Source: an uncultured bacterium (lineage in GTDB: Bacteria; RBG-13-61-14; DATKZS01). Taken from it: a stretch of 64,000 nt of DNA. The DNA is taken from the NCBI GenBank assembly GCA_964650485.1, contig CAZYTX010000003.1, positions 57,114-121,113 of the forward strand. The letters run 5' to 3'. Position 1 is the stretch's first letter; every line of letters begins with the position of its first letter. The position numbers were made by a program, and so were the translations under genes. A model generated the notes under the pieces. That model was not told where the DNA came from and did not search any database. It saw only the letters and a program-made list of their open reading frames with translations. Below, piece by piece: positions 1-9,440 of the stretch.

Positions 1-1034
1 GGGCTTCCCACCTGGCGCTGCGTGGTCCCGTCCGGCCTGGGCACGTCCACCACCATCTCCCTGGCTTTGGTGAGCGGGTGCTCAGCCATCTCCGCCACCG
101 AGAGCACCGGCTCCACGCAGGCGTCCACCTCTTTGAACACGGCCTCCCACTCCTTCCTGGTCTTCTTTTCAAACTCGGCCTGGAGCGCCTCTTTGAGCTC
201 GCGGCCGCCCGACATCTGCTTGTCCGCCAGGTCCTCCCTGCCAAGGGCGGTGACCATTGCCTTAAAGAACTGCGGCTCCAGGGAGCCAACGGACATGTAC
301 TCCCCGTCCTTGGTGCGATAGAAGTCGTAGTACCCGCCGCCGTTCAAGGGGTTCCCCTCGCGCTCGGGCGGCTCCCCCCCGGCCAGGTAAGCCATGGCAT
401 GGAGCGCGCCCAGGTGCATGGCCCCGTCGGTCATGCTGATGTCAATGCACTGCCCTTCGCCGGTGCGCTCTTTGTGATATAGCGCTGCCAGGATAGCCAC
501 CACCGCGTTCAGTCCGCCGGCACACTGGTCAGCCACCTGTATGCCCAGGGGCAGTGGCCCGGAGTCCTTCCTGCCGGTGTAGGACATGACCCCGGAGAGC
601 GCCAGGTAGTTGGCGTCGTGGCCGGCCCGGTCGCGGTAGGGCCCGTCCTGGCCGTAGCCGGTAATGGAGCAGTAGATCAGGCCGGGGTTGTGGGCGCTCA
701 TGCACTCGTAGTCCACGCACAGCCTCTTCATCACCCCGGGCCTGAACTGCTCCACCAACACGTCGAAGTTCTTCACCAGCCTGGTTATGACCCCGGCGCC
801 CTCCGGGTTCTTGAGGTCCACCATGATGGACCTCTTGTTCCGGTTGATCTCGCGGTGGGCCGCGGAGACCTCGCCGTCCATGGGCGGCATCAGGGTAAGC
901 AGGTCGGGCAGGCCCGGGGCTTCCACCCGTACCACGTCGGCGCCCATGTCAGCCAGCACCATGGTGCCGAAGGGCCCGGGCAGCAGCCTGGTGAAGTCCA
1001 GCACCTTTACTCCTTTAAGCGGTCCGCTCATCAT
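1..1034 (-). CDS. CoA-transferase family III (CaiB/BaiF-like) protein; C-terminus runs off the window start
   Basis: Reverse-strand translation from ATG at 1032-1034 reads MMSGPLKGVKVLDFTRLLPGPFGTMVLADMGADVVRVE...GYGQDGPYRDRAGHDANYLALSGVM..., the typical family III CoA-transferase N-terminal and Asp-containing core. The frame is open to position 1, so it is absent from the ORF track. Confidence 0.7.
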   Translation of the reverse strand, partial: MMSGPLKGVKVLDFTRLLPGPFGTMVLADMGADVVRVEAPGLPDLLTLMPPMDGEVSAAHREINRNKRSIMVDLKNPEGAGVITRLVKNFDVLVEQFRPGVMKRLCVDYECMSAHNPGLIYCSITGYGQDGPYRDRAGHDANYLALSGVMSYTGRKDSGPLPLGIQVADQCAGGLNAVVAILAALYHKERTGEGQCIDISMTDGAMHLGALHAMAYLAGGEPPEREGNPLNGGGYYDFYRTKDGEYMSVGSLEPQFFKAMVTALGREDLADKQMSGGRELKEALQAEFEKKTRKEWEAVFKEVDACVEPVLSVAEMAEHPLTKAREMVVDVPRPDGTTQRQVGS

Positions 1035-1073
1035 TCGCTCCTGTTTGATACCCGCCTTGCCTTTGCGGGATTT

Positions 1074-1502
1074 TCAGCCCATTCCAAGGACCTCTTTGAC
1101 CTTTGCAACCACCAGGTCCTCGGACCCGGGACCCTTCATCACGTACCCTTTATGGTTATTCCTGAAACCCTCGGAGAACTCGGCCACCTCTTTGCTCATC
1201 TGTTCCACCCAGTCCTTCTCCTTGCCCGAGTAGATTATAAAGGGGGTGCTTGCAAGCTCCTCGTAAAGGGCATGCACCACCGCTCCCACCTGGGCGCCGA
1301 GCATGTCCGGCATCTCCATGTCCAGGACGAACATGTCCACCGAGCCGCGGATGGACGGGTCGGAGAGCACCCTGGTCTCCAGGTCCGAGGCGTGCTCTGC
1401 GCTTATCAGCTCGAACACGGGCTCGGAGAAAGTCTCCTTCAAGAGCTCCCTGGCAGTGGGGCTGTCGTCCACGTGCACAACTACGTATTTTCCTTCTCTC
1501 AT
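1074..1502 (-). CDS. Single-domain response regulator (CheY-like receiver)
   Basis: 142 aa: VVVHVDDSPTARELLKETF...DMFVLDMEMPDMLG...IIYSGKEK, with the receiver acidic pocket, phospho-Asp and conserved Lys pattern. Confidence 0.75.
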   Translation of the reverse strand: MREGKYVVVHVDDSPTARELLKETFSEPVFELISAEHASDLETRVLSDPSIRGSVDMFVLDMEMPDMLGAQVGAVVHALYEELASTPFIIYSGKEKDWVEQMSKEVAEFSEGFRNNHKGYVMKGPGSEDLVVAKVKEVLGMG

Positions 1503-1511
1503 CTTGTCCTC

Positions 1512-2189
1512 CTACTCGTCTGGCATGGCCTTGGTGCGCGCCCGCACCGGGTCGCGTATGCGGCTTGTGTGCTTGTCACCGGCATGGCTTCTTACCATCC
1601 GCTCCTCGTCAATGAAAGCGTAGCTGATCCTGACCGACAGCTCGTACAAGGTGAAGGTGAGCCCGTAAAAGGGGTTGTCCGGGACCTCGCACCCGCTGGT
1701 CTGCACCTTCACTCCAGCGGCCTTGAACAGGTGTCTCGCTCTTTTCAGGTGATAGGGCGAGCTGACCACTATGCACGAGCTCCAGCCGCGCTCTCGCATG
1801 ATCCCTGCCGAGTACCTGGCATTGCCGATGGTGTCCATGGCCTCGCGCTCCTCCACTACGTCTTCCCCGGGCACTCCCATGGACACGGCGACTTCCTTCA
1901 TGACCGAGCTCTCGTACAGGTCCTTGTACGTGTTGCCGCCGGTCATGATCATCTTTTTGGCAAGGCCTTGCCTGTAAAGCTGGACACCCGCCTTCACCCT
2001 GCGGGCAAGCTCGTCCGCAGGCTCTCCCTTCTCGTCCACCGGCGGACCGTAGCCCAGCACCACGATGACGTCCGCGGGCACGAGGTCCTGCTGTGGTATG
2101 AGAATGGGGTTCAGCGCAGGCTTTGAGCAACCCCCTGCCAAGGCCAGGAAGAGAAGCGGGAACAGAAACCTTGAACCACTCTTTTTCAT
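1512..2189 (-). CDS. DUF218 (YdcF/SanA/ElyC-like) domain lipoprotein
   Basis: MKKSGSRFLFPLLFLALAGGCS lipoprotein signal and lipobox, then VIVVLGYGPPVDEKGEP...MIMTGGNTY, typical of DUF218. Start taken at the internal ATG (2187-2189) that yields the signal peptide; the ORF extends to 2258. Confidence 0.6.
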   Translation of the reverse strand: MKKSGSRFLFPLLFLALAGGCSKPALNPILIPQQDLVPADVIVVLGYGPPVDEKGEPADELARRVKAGVQLYRQGLAKKMIMTGGNTYKDLYESSVMKEVAVSMGVPGEDVVEEREAMDTIGNARYSAGIMRERGWSSCIVVSSPYHLKRARHLFKAAGVKVQTSGCEVPDNPFYGLTFTLYELSVRISYAFIDEERMVRSHAGDKHTSRIRDPVRARTKAMPDE

Positions 2190-2350
2190 TATCTTTTGTC
2201 CACTCCGCCAGAACAATGGTAGTTGAAATAATCTATCACTCGCTCGGCTTTTGGACAAGCGCTTTACTAATCCCCTTATGTGTGTTAGCTTTAGTCCTGT
2301 TGTTTTCCCGGGTGTAACCCCGGGAGCCGGCAGATTGGAGGTGAAGCAAA

Positions 2351-2620
2351 TTGACGCTGGCTAAAGAGAGGAAAGCGGAGATCATAGGCAGGTTCCGGAG
2401 AGGCGAGGGCGACACCGGCTCGCCCGAGGTGCAGGTGGCTATTCTGACCGAGCGGATCAATTATCTTACCGAGCATTTCAAGTCCCATCCCAAGGACCAT
2501 CACTCCAGGAGGGGGCTGCTCAAGATGGTAGGCCAGAGGAGGCGTCTTTTGAACTACCTTCAGAAGTGCGACCATGACCGCTACAAGGAGCTGATCCAGG
2601 AGCTGGGCCTGAGAAGGTAA
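2351..2620 (+). CDS. rpsO: 30S ribosomal protein S15
   Basis: 89 aa ...[51 protein letters not shown]...; TTG start with GGAGG 9 nt upstream. Confidence 0.95.
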   Translation: MTLAKERKAEIIGRFRRGEGDTGSPEVQVAILTERINYLTEHFKSHPKDHHSRRGLLKMVGQRRRLLNYLQKCDHDRYKELIQELGLRR

Positions 2621-2631
2621 TGAGAGGAGCG

Positions 2632-2647
2632 GGGGAAGGATTTCCCC
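2632..2647 (+). terminator. Short hairpin downstream of rpsO (GGGGAA-GGAT-TTCCCC); start of the structured rpsO-pnp leader
   Basis: A 6-bp GC-rich stem 12 nt after the rpsO stop with no U-tract. Further hairpins lie at 2670-2720 and immediately before the pnp RBS (CTTCTT...AAGAAG), consistent with a processed leader that does not fully terminate. Confidence 0.3.
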
Positions 2648-2838
2648 TATAGACGTTAACCAAGGGTCCGCGCAGGCTGGAAAGACCCGGGTCACATCCG
2701 GGCATCGCGATTTTGACAAAGCAATTGCGGTGTCGGGACGTGGATCGGGCCTCCTTGCTTGCGCGGCCGGGCATGCGCCCTTTTGCCGGGGATGGTCTTC
2801 TTCTCCTGCACAAGAAGGGCGCTAAAGGAGAGTTCACA

Positions 2839-5049
2839 ATGTATAAGAAGATGAGCATGCCCTTCCACGGCCGCGAGCTTACCATCGAGGTCGGGAAGCT
2901 GGCCAGGCAGGCAAGCGGTTCCGCGGTGGTGTCCTACGGCGACACCATAGTACTGACAACGGTGGTTATGGACAGGACTCCGGGGACCCCCGGCGACTTC
3001 ATCCCCCTCACGGTCAACTACCAGGAGAAGTTCTACTCTTCTGGCAAGATACCGGGCGGCTTCTTCAAGCGCGAGGGAAGGCCCACCGACGTGGAGACAC
3101 TGAACTGCCGATTAATTGACCGGCCCATCCGGCCCCTGTTCCCCAGGCACTGGTTCTACGAGACACAGATTATGCCCACGGTCCTGTCCGCGGACGGAGA
3201 GAGCCATCCCGGCGTGCTGGGCATGATCGCGGCTTCCGCGGCGCTCGAGGTCTCCAAGATTCCTTTCGAGGGACCGATCGCAGGGGTGCAGGTCGCACGC
3301 GTGGGCGAGGAGTGGGTGGTGAACCCCGGCTACTCCCAGATCGAGGAGAGCAAGGCCGAGCTGATAGTGGCCGGCAGCCGCGAAGGCATAGCCATGGTTG
3401 AAGGCGGCGCTGAGATGGTGCCCGAGGAGGAGATAATGGAGGGCATCTTCCATGCATACGAGGAGATCAAGCCTCTACTCGATATGCAGGACCAGCTCCG
3501 GCAGGAAGTGGGTGTGCCCAAGATGGAGCACGAGGTCATCGAGCCCCCGGAGGAACTGTCCCAAAGGATCGAGCAGGAGGCGAAAAAAGACCTGGAGGAG
3601 GCCTGGCGCATCGCGGACAAGCAGGAGCGGCAGGACCGGGTGCACCAGGTCTGGGACGGGCTGCACAAGAAGCTGGTGGAGGAGGAGACGGACCTTGGGC
3701 CCGGCGAGCTGTACTTTACCGAGATCAAGGACAAGATAGACAAGGACATTGTAAGGGGCAACATAATCCGGGAAGGGGTCAGGGCTGACGGCAGGGACTT
3801 CACTACGGTGCGGCCGATCTCCGCTGAGGTCCGGGTCCTGCCCAGGACGCACGGCTCTTCTCTTTTCACCCGTGGCGAGACCCAGGCCATGGCCGTTGTC
3901 ACCCTGGGCACGCGCAAGGACGAGCGCAAGATCGAGCGTCTTGAGGAAGATTATTACAAGACCTTCTTCCTGCACTACAACTTCCCCCCTTACTCTGTGG
4001 GCGAGACCAAGTTCAGGCTGGGGCCCGGCAGGAGGGAGATAGGCCACGGCTACCTGGCAGAGCGGGCCCTTGCCAGGGTGTTGCCCGAGCACGAGGATTT
4101 TCCCTATACCATCAGGGTGGTGTCCGAGATCACCGAGTCCAACGGGTCCAGCTCCATGGCCACGGTGAGTGGCGGGTCGCTCTGCCTCATGGACGCGGGC
4201 GTGCCGGTCAAGGGACAGGTGGCCGGCGTTGCCATGGGCCTTGTAAAAGAGGCCGAGGGCAAGTTCCACGTGCTCACCGACATAATCGGAGACGAGGACC
4301 ACACCGGTGACATGGACTTCAAGGTGGCCGGCACCAGGGACGGCGTGACCTCGGTTCAGATGGACATAAAGATATCGGGCGTGGACAAAGAGATACTTGG
4401 CGGGGCGCTTGCGCAGGCCCGGGAGGCCAGGCTGCACATACTGGACGAGATGGACAAGGTCATTGCCGAGCCAAGGACAGAGCTCTCGCCTTACGCGCCC
4501 AGGATAGTGACTCTCCATATACCGGTGGAGAAGATAAAAGACGTGATCGGCCCGGGCGGCAAGATGATCCGCAGCATTGTCGAGCGCACCGGGGCCACCA
4601 TTGACGTTGAGGACGACGGCACCGTGAAGGTGGCGTCCTCGGACTCGGAGGCCAACAGGAAGGCCATCGAGATCATCGAGCAGTTGACCGAGGAGGCCGA
4701 GGTGGGCAAGGTCTACACCGGCGAGGTGAAGAAGGTCATGGACTTCGGGGCCTTCGTGGAGATACTGCCCGGCACCGAGGGACTGGTTCACATCTCGCGG
4801 CTCGACCGCGGTCGTGTTGAGAAGGTCACCGACGTTGTGCAGGAGGGCGACAAGATCACGGTAAAGTGCATTGGCATTGACAACGAGGGAAAGATAAGCC
4901 TGTCAAGGGAGGAGGTCCTGGACCAGCAGCCCGAGGCGTCCAGGAAGCCCAGGAAGTCCGGACCCGGCGGCTCCGGCGGCCGGGGAGGTCCTGGCGGCCC
5001 CAGGCCCCCGCGCGATTCCAGGCCGTATCCTCCACGCGACCAGGGGTAA
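2839..5049 (+). CDS. pnp: Polyribonucleotide nucleotidyltransferase (PNPase) with Gly/Pro/Arg-rich C-terminal tail
   Basis: MYKKMSMPFHGRELTIEVGKLARQASGSAVV..., two RNase PH domains, then KH and S1 (GKVYTGEVKKVMDFGAFVEI). AGGAG 8 nt upstream of ATG 2839. The C-terminus carries a roughly 40-aa PGGSGGRGGPGGPRPPRDSRPYPPRDQG extension. Confidence 0.95.
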   Translation: MYKKMSMPFHGRELTIEVGKLARQASGSAVVSYGDTIVLTTVVMDRTPGTPGDFIPLTVNYQEKFYSSGKIPGGFFKREGRPTDVETLNCRLIDRPIRPLFPRHWFYETQIMPTVLSADGESHPGVLGMIAASAALEVSKIPFEGPIAGVQVARVGEEWVVNPGYSQIEESKAELIVAGSREGIAMVEGGAEMVPEEEIMEGIFHAYEEIKPLLDMQDQLRQEVGVPKMEHEVIEPPEELSQRIEQEAKKDLEEAWRIADKQERQDRVHQVWDGLHKKLVEEETDLGPGELYFTEIKDKIDKDIVRGNIIREGVRADGRDFTTVRPISAEVRVLPRTHGSSLFTRGETQAMAVVTLGTRKDERKIERLEEDYYKTFFLHYNFPPYSVGETKFRLGPGRREIGHGYLAERALARVLPEHEDFPYTIRVVSEITESNGSSSMATVSGGSLCLMDAGVPVKGQVAGVAMGLVKEAEGKFHVLTDIIGDEDHTGDMDFKVAGTRDGVTSVQMDIKISGVDKEILGGALAQAREARLHILDEMDKVIAEPRTELSPYAPRIVTLHIPVEKIKDVIGPGGKMIRSIVERTGATIDVEDDGTVKVASSDSEANRKAIEIIEQLTEEAEVGKVYTGEVKKVMDFGAFVEILPGTEGLVHISRLDRGRVEKVTDVVQEGDKITVKCIGIDNEGKISLSREEVLDQQPEASRKPRKSGPGGSGGRGGPGGPRPPRDSRPYPPRDQG

Positions 5050-5144
5050 AGTGACGAGCGGCGATTCAAGGACAGGAAAAAGCCGAGGCAGAGCAAGCAC
5101 TATCACAATAACGATGGTAACGATGACCGCAATGATCACTGACC

Positions 5145-5804
5145 ATGGCAAGCTACATATACATGAAGGTCCTGGAGTCGCAGCCCGGACGCTACGACCG
5201 TGGGATCTCATGGCTGAGCTTTGGGAGGGCGGACAGGGTAAAGCAGAGGATAGCTGAAGAGATCGTGCGGCCCGGGATGAAGGTCCTGGAGATAGGGGCC
5301 GGCACCGGGTCGTTCGCTATCATGGCCGCGAAAAAGGGCGCAGAGGTAAAGGGGTTCGATCTCTCACCGGCCATGCTTTCCGTGGCCAGAGAAAAAGTGG
5401 ATAAAGCCGGTCTTAATGACAAGGTCGAGCTCGAGGAGATGGGCGTGGCCGGAATGGACGGGATCGAGGCCGCGGCCTTTGACCTGGTGGTGTCCACGCT
5501 GGTGTTCTCCGAGCTCTCCGCGCAGGAGCAGGACTACGCATTGATTCATGCCTTACGCAGCCTGCAGCCGGGCGGCAGGCTGGCGCTCGCGGACGAGTCA
5601 AAGCCGGAGAGCACTCTCAAGGCCGCCCTGCACCAGGCCGTCCGCATTCCCCTCATGATAATTACATTCGCCTTGACCCAGACCTCGACAAAAGCGGTGC
5701 AGGACCTGCCCGAGCGGGTGGCGAGAGCGGGCTTTGTTATCGAAGCGGTGGAGCGCAAAAACCTCGGCTCCTTCATTTACCTGGTGGCGAGAAAGGAGGA
5801 GTAA
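5145..5804 (+). CDS. Class I SAM-dependent methyltransferase (UbiE/COQ5-like fold)
   Basis: RYDRGISWLSFGRADRVKQRI..., VLEIGAGTGSFAIMAAKKGAEVKGFDLSPAML (motif I / post-I) and LVVSTLVFSEL. The stop TAA 5802-5804 abuts the next ORF in the same frame. Confidence 0.8.
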   Translation: MASYIYMKVLESQPGRYDRGISWLSFGRADRVKQRIAEEIVRPGMKVLEIGAGTGSFAIMAAKKGAEVKGFDLSPAMLSVAREKVDKAGLNDKVELEEMGVAGMDGIEAAAFDLVVSTLVFSELSAQEQDYALIHALRSLQPGGRLALADESKPESTLKAALHQAVRIPLMIITFALTQTSTKAVQDLPERVARAGFVIEAVERKNLGSFIYLVARKEE

Positions 5805-6863
5805 TTGGGCCTTGCCGGCTGGTTGGTGGCTTACACGGCCCGGTGGCTTCCGCACTCCGCGGACACGGGGCTGAAAGCCATTGGCAAGCCAACCGAGGAC
5901 TCGCCCGTTATTGTGACCTCGAACTTCTCACTCACCGTGAACAGGGTGACAAGGGCGCTCAAGGGCATGGACCTGTGGCTGCTGGTGGCCAACACCCAGG
6001 GGATAAACGTGTGGTGCGCTGCCTGCGGGGGCATGTTCACCGAGAACCACGTGATTGACGCCATCAAGGTGGCCGGGCTGAGCGAGCGGGTCTCTCACAA
6101 CCAGGTCATTCTCCCCGCACTGTCGGCGCCCGGCATTGATTGCAATGCAATAAAAGACGAGACCGGGTTCCGGGCAAGGTTCGGGCCGGTGCAGGCCGCG
6201 GACATCCCCGCATACCTGGCCCATAAAAAGAAGAAGACCAGTGAGATGAAGCGGTTCAAGTTCGATCTCAGCCACCGCCTGGACATGCTCTTTCCCATGA
6301 ACTTCCCCATATACCTCCCGTTCGCCGTTGTGCTCGCCGTCTTCTGGCCCGGGCTGCTCCTGGGCGCGACCCTGATCTTCTGGGGAGCGCTTTTGTTTTT
6401 ATACCTGTTCGTGCCCTGGATACCGGGAAAGACCGGCTGGACCCAGGCCATCGTGTCCGCCGGCCTGTTCGTGGCCATGTGGGCCGGGTTTGACCTTTAC
6501 TTCACAGGGGACCCGCTCCTGCACTACAAGTGGTTCATGGCAAGCTTCGCAATTTTCCTGGCCGCGGGGTTCGACCTTGCAGGAATAGCCACCGGCAGGA
6601 AGTCGGACGCCGAGCAGTTGGTGCAAAAGCTGGGCATCAAGAGCATGGGCAGCCTGTTCAAGGAAAAGGACCTGGGCGAGATCACCCTGGACCGCGAGAA
6701 GTGCGACGGTTGCAGGACGTGCTTTAACATCTGCCCGGTGGGGGTGTACAACGGCCTTGACCAGGAAAGGAAGATGACCTTCCAGGACCGGGGGGCATGC
6801 TTTGCCTGCTCGGCCTGCGTAAAGCAGTGCCCGCAAGAGGCCCTGAGCCTGGCTGGTATCTAG
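5805..6863 (+). CDS. Fused HgcA-like corrinoid protein / HgcB-like 2x[4Fe-4S] ferredoxin (HgcAB-like)
   Basis: N-terminal SPVIVTSNFSLTVNRVTRALKGMDLWLLVANTQGINVWCAACGGMF closely matches the HgcA cap-helix signature N(V/I)WCA(A/G)GK, with Cys71 in the position of the Co-ligating Cys. Downstream GFRARFGPVQAADIPAYL resembles HgcA. Four predicted TM helices follow (IYLPFAVVLAVFWPGLLLGATLIFWGALLFLYLFV; AIVSAGLFVAMWAGFDLYF; WFMASFAIFLAAGFDLAGIA). The C-terminus has two CxxCxxCxxxCP motifs (CDGCRTCFNICP, CFACSACVKQCP). TTG start with GGAGG 5 nt upstream, translationally coupled to the methyltransferase. Confidence 0.6.
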   Translation: MGLAGWLVAYTARWLPHSADTGLKAIGKPTEDSPVIVTSNFSLTVNRVTRALKGMDLWLLVANTQGINVWCAACGGMFTENHVIDAIKVAGLSERVSHNQVILPALSAPGIDCNAIKDETGFRARFGPVQAADIPAYLAHKKKKTSEMKRFKFDLSHRLDMLFPMNFPIYLPFAVVLAVFWPGLLLGATLIFWGALLFLYLFVPWIPGKTGWTQAIVSAGLFVAMWAGFDLYFTGDPLLHYKWFMASFAIFLAAGFDLAGIATGRKSDAEQLVQKLGIKSMGSLFKEKDLGEITLDREKCDGCRTCFNICPVGVYNGLDQERKMTFQDRGACFACSACVKQCPQEALSLAGI

Positions 6864-6912
6864 TGCCTGTTGCGAAACTCTCATTTTCAAAGAAAGACAC
6901 AGTTCATTCCTC

Positions 6913-7115
6913 TCATGCCAGGGCTTGAGCCTTTTCCTCCAGAGATTCAACGAGGTCTTGAATTGCGTCCACTTCTTTTCCCTCGAAATAGGCTTCTCCG
7001 CATTGAACGCAGACCCAGGCGGGAACCGCATCGAGCGTCAGGTGGCAGCCCTTGCGGTCAACGTGGAAAAGAGTGACGCCCCTTTCATCTCACCCTGGCA
7101 ATGAATGCATTTCAT
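6913..7115 (-). pseudogene. YgiT-type zinc-finger (MqsA-like) antitoxin gene interrupted by a -1 frameshift
   Basis: The reverse strand reads MKCIHCQGEMK, then, shifted by one base, RGVTLFHVDRKGCHLTLDAVPAWVCVQCGEAYFEGKEVDAIQDLVESLEEKAQALA*. Inserting one base in the AAA/GGGG run restores a 68-aa YgiT zinc finger with two CxxC pairs. It lies in a low-GC islet. Confidence 0.45.
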
Positions 7116-7153
7116 TTTCCACTTTAATATTTTGCCTTCTCTAGATTAGTCTT

Positions 7154-7426
7154 TCAGTAAGTTAGAAGAAGCCGGTCAGCAACGACCTCATTCTCAAGCG
7201 TCTTGCCTCCCATTTGGAACCTTTTAAGCATTGATCGTCCGCAGTTTACAAAGGCCTCTCTCTCAAATAAGCCGGATGGTATACTCAGCTCGCATAAGTG
7301 ATTGCCCGACTTCTTCTTTCCATCTATGCTCAAGGCAACGTAGGCCCCTCTCTTTTTGCAAGACTCTATTTCCTCGAATAATCCCTCTATATCGAATGTT
7401 TGGGCACCGTAAGGAAAGACCTGCAA
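7154..7426 (-). CDS. Hypothetical 90-aa protein, candidate toxin partner of the zinc-finger antitoxin
   Basis: ORF in low-GC DNA ending 38 bp upstream of the zinc-finger gene, which is the toxin-antitoxin order. I recognise no family, and it could be spurious. Confidence 0.25.
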   Translation of the reverse strand: MQVFPYGAQTFDIEGLFEEIESCKKRGAYVALSIDGKKKSGNHLCELSIPSGLFEREAFVNCGRSMLKRFQMGGKTLENEVVADRLLLTY

Positions 7427-7480
7427 GCATATTTGAGCTACAGAGCTTCAAGATTAAATGACTATGTGGAACCTCGACTA

Positions 7481-8059
7481 ATGGATGTCAAGGAAGCTAA
7501 AAGCCGGTTTATAGAACTTAAGAAGAAGTTGAGACCATCATGTCATTTGCCGATGAATAAGCAAAAAGGGAAAAAGAAGTCGCCGGCATACTTCACTGGC
7601 ATAATAAATATGCTGATTGAGAAGAATATAGGAGATCTTGATTGCGATTATGACCCGAGAAAGATGGTAGTTTTTTTGAAAGATGGCAAGCCTGCTCGAA
7701 CCATGGCAAGGAGAATAGACGGTGCTTTCCCATCCACTATTAATCCTGTCGCTATATGGGAAATAAAGGAATACTACTATACGACAACTTTCGGAAGCAG
7801 GGTGGCTGACGGCGTTTATGAAACCCTTCTTGATGGAATGGAGATCGAGGAAGCGGCAGAGAATGAGAGTCTTAAAGCCCTACATTACTTGATGATAGAC
7901 TCTCATTATACGTGGTGGGAATGCGGCAGATCTTACATTTGCAGGATCATTGATATGCTTCATATGGGATATGTTGATGAAGTGTTGTTCGGCAAAGAGG
8001 CTATTGAAAGACTTCCAGCTATTGTAAGAAAGTGGAGGAGATTAAAAGTCGGAAGATGA
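7481..8059 (+). CDS. Hypothetical protein with a possible PD-(D/E)xK nuclease-like motif
   Basis: Low-GC ORF with codon usage unlike its neighbours. RIDGAFPSTINPVAIWEIKEYYY fits a D...(D/E)xK catalytic signature. ATG at 7481; the track ORF begins at TTG 7400. Confidence 0.45.
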   Translation: MDVKEAKSRFIELKKKLRPSCHLPMNKQKGKKKSPAYFTGIINMLIEKNIGDLDCDYDPRKMVVFLKDGKPARTMARRIDGAFPSTINPVAIWEIKEYYYTTTFGSRVADGVYETLLDGMEIEEAAENESLKALHYLMIDSHYTWWECGRSYICRIIDMLHMGYVDEVLFGKEAIERLPAIVRKWRRLKVGR

Positions 8060-8165
8060 ATCTTACCCCTGTAGGCTATGGCCGACTGCGGAAAAGACTG
8101 GCTTGCAGGGCTTGAAGAGCGGCTCTGTGCGTGATAACATTTGTTGGAATTGCTAGGGTGACTAG

Positions 8166-9425
8166 TTGGACATTAGCGAACAGGTAAGCAAGATGGCGCG
8201 CGATGCCCGCACTGCCTCCCGCGTGCTCTCCCGTCTCGACTCCGGGGCCAAGGACCGGGCGCTCCTGGACACTGCCGAGGCCCTTGTATCCCAGGCCGAG
8301 CGCATCCGGGCGGAGAATGAAAAGGACCTTGCCGAGGCCCGGAAGGCGGAGCTGCCCGAGGCCATGGTGGACCGGCTGACCCTGACCCCCGAGCGCATCA
8401 AGTCCATGGCCGACGGCCTTGTCGCGGTCGCGGCCCTGCCAGACCCTGTGGGCGAGGTCACCAGCATGTGGACCCGGCCCAACGGCCTCAGAATCGGACG
8501 CATGAGGATCCCTCTCGGTGTGATAGGCATCATCTACGAGTCCAGGCCAAACGTGACCGTTGACGCCGCGGGGCTCTGCCTCAAGTCGGGCAACGCCGTG
8601 ATCCTGCGGGGCGGCTCCGAGTCCATAAACTCGAACCGGGTGCTGGGCGAGGTCATGGTCGAGTGCGCCAAAGAGGCCGCTGTGCCCGAGGCTGCCATAC
8701 AGGTGATGCCCATGACCGACCGTGCCGCGGTGGACGCGCTGCTTTCGCAGGAGGACTATGTTGACGTGATAATTCCCCGCGGTGGGGAGGAGCTTATCCG
8801 CAAGGTGGTGGAGAAGTCCCGCATACCCGTGCTCAAGCACTACAAGGGGGTGTGCCACGTGTACGTGGACGTTGACGCGAACCCCAGAAAGGCCCGGGAG
8901 ATAGTGCTGAACGCCAAGCTGCAGCGGCCCGGGGTGTGCAATGCCATGGAGACCCTGCTGGTGCACGCGGCCGTTGCCGAGGACTTTCTTGCAAGCATAG
9001 TCACCCCCCTGGTCAAGGCCGGGGTGGAGCTCAGGGGCTGCCCGGACACCCGCAGGTTCGTGCCCGGCATGAAGGCGGCCACGGAAGATGACTGGTACAC
9101 CGAGTACCTTGACAAGATACTGGCCATAAGGCTGGTGGAGAACATTGACCACGCAATCGAGCACATCCAGGAGTACGGGTCGGACCACACCGAGGCGATC
9201 GTCACCGAGAACTACACCAACGCCCAGCGGTTCATACGGGAGGTTGACTCCAGCTCGGTCATGGTGAACGCCTCCACCCGCTTCTCCGACGGGTTCCAGT
9301 ACGGCCTGGGAGCAGAGATCGGGATCAGCACCTCCAGGCTGCACGCCTACGGCCCCATGGGGCTTTGCGAGTTGACGACCAGCAAGTTCATAGTGTATGG
9401 TGAAGGTCAGGTTCGCGAGTCGTGA
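8166..9425 (+). CDS. proA: Gamma-glutamyl phosphate reductase
   Basis: 419 aa aldehyde-dehydrogenase-family Pro[35 protein letters not shown] and catalytic Cys in [12 protein letters not shown]. Confidence 0.9.
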   Translation: MDISEQVSKMARDARTASRVLSRLDSGAKDRALLDTAEALVSQAERIRAENEKDLAEARKAELPEAMVDRLTLTPERIKSMADGLVAVAALPDPVGEVTSMWTRPNGLRIGRMRIPLGVIGIIYESRPNVTVDAAGLCLKSGNAVILRGGSESINSNRVLGEVMVECAKEAAVPEAAIQVMPMTDRAAVDALLSQEDYVDVIIPRGGEELIRKVVEKSRIPVLKHYKGVCHVYVDVDANPRKAREIVLNAKLQRPGVCNAMETLLVHAAVAEDFLASIVTPLVKAGVELRGCPDTRRFVPGMKAATEDDWYTEYLDKILAIRLVENIDHAIEHIQEYGSDHTEAIVTENYTNAQRFIREVDSSSVMVNASTRFSDGFQYGLGAEIGISTSRLHAYGPMGLCELTTSKFIVYGEGQVRES

Positions 9426-9440
9426 CTCACGGAGGACGCG

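Noticed and set aside
618-2126. 502-aa + strand ORF
   Set aside because: It lies antisense to the CoA-transferase, response-regulator and DUF218 genes. Its composition is His/Gly/Pro-rich and typical of a wrong frame in high-GC DNA.
3475-4791. 438-aa - strand ORF inside pnp
   Set aside because: It is antisense to PNPase, which is unambiguous, and has no recognisable motifs.
5051-5257. 68-aa ORF with TITITMVTMTAMIT low-complexity peptide between pnp and the methyltransferase
   Set aside because: It reflects an ACNATN-type quasi-repeat in the intergenic DNA, has no RBS and overlaps the methyltransferase start. It is likely non-coding.
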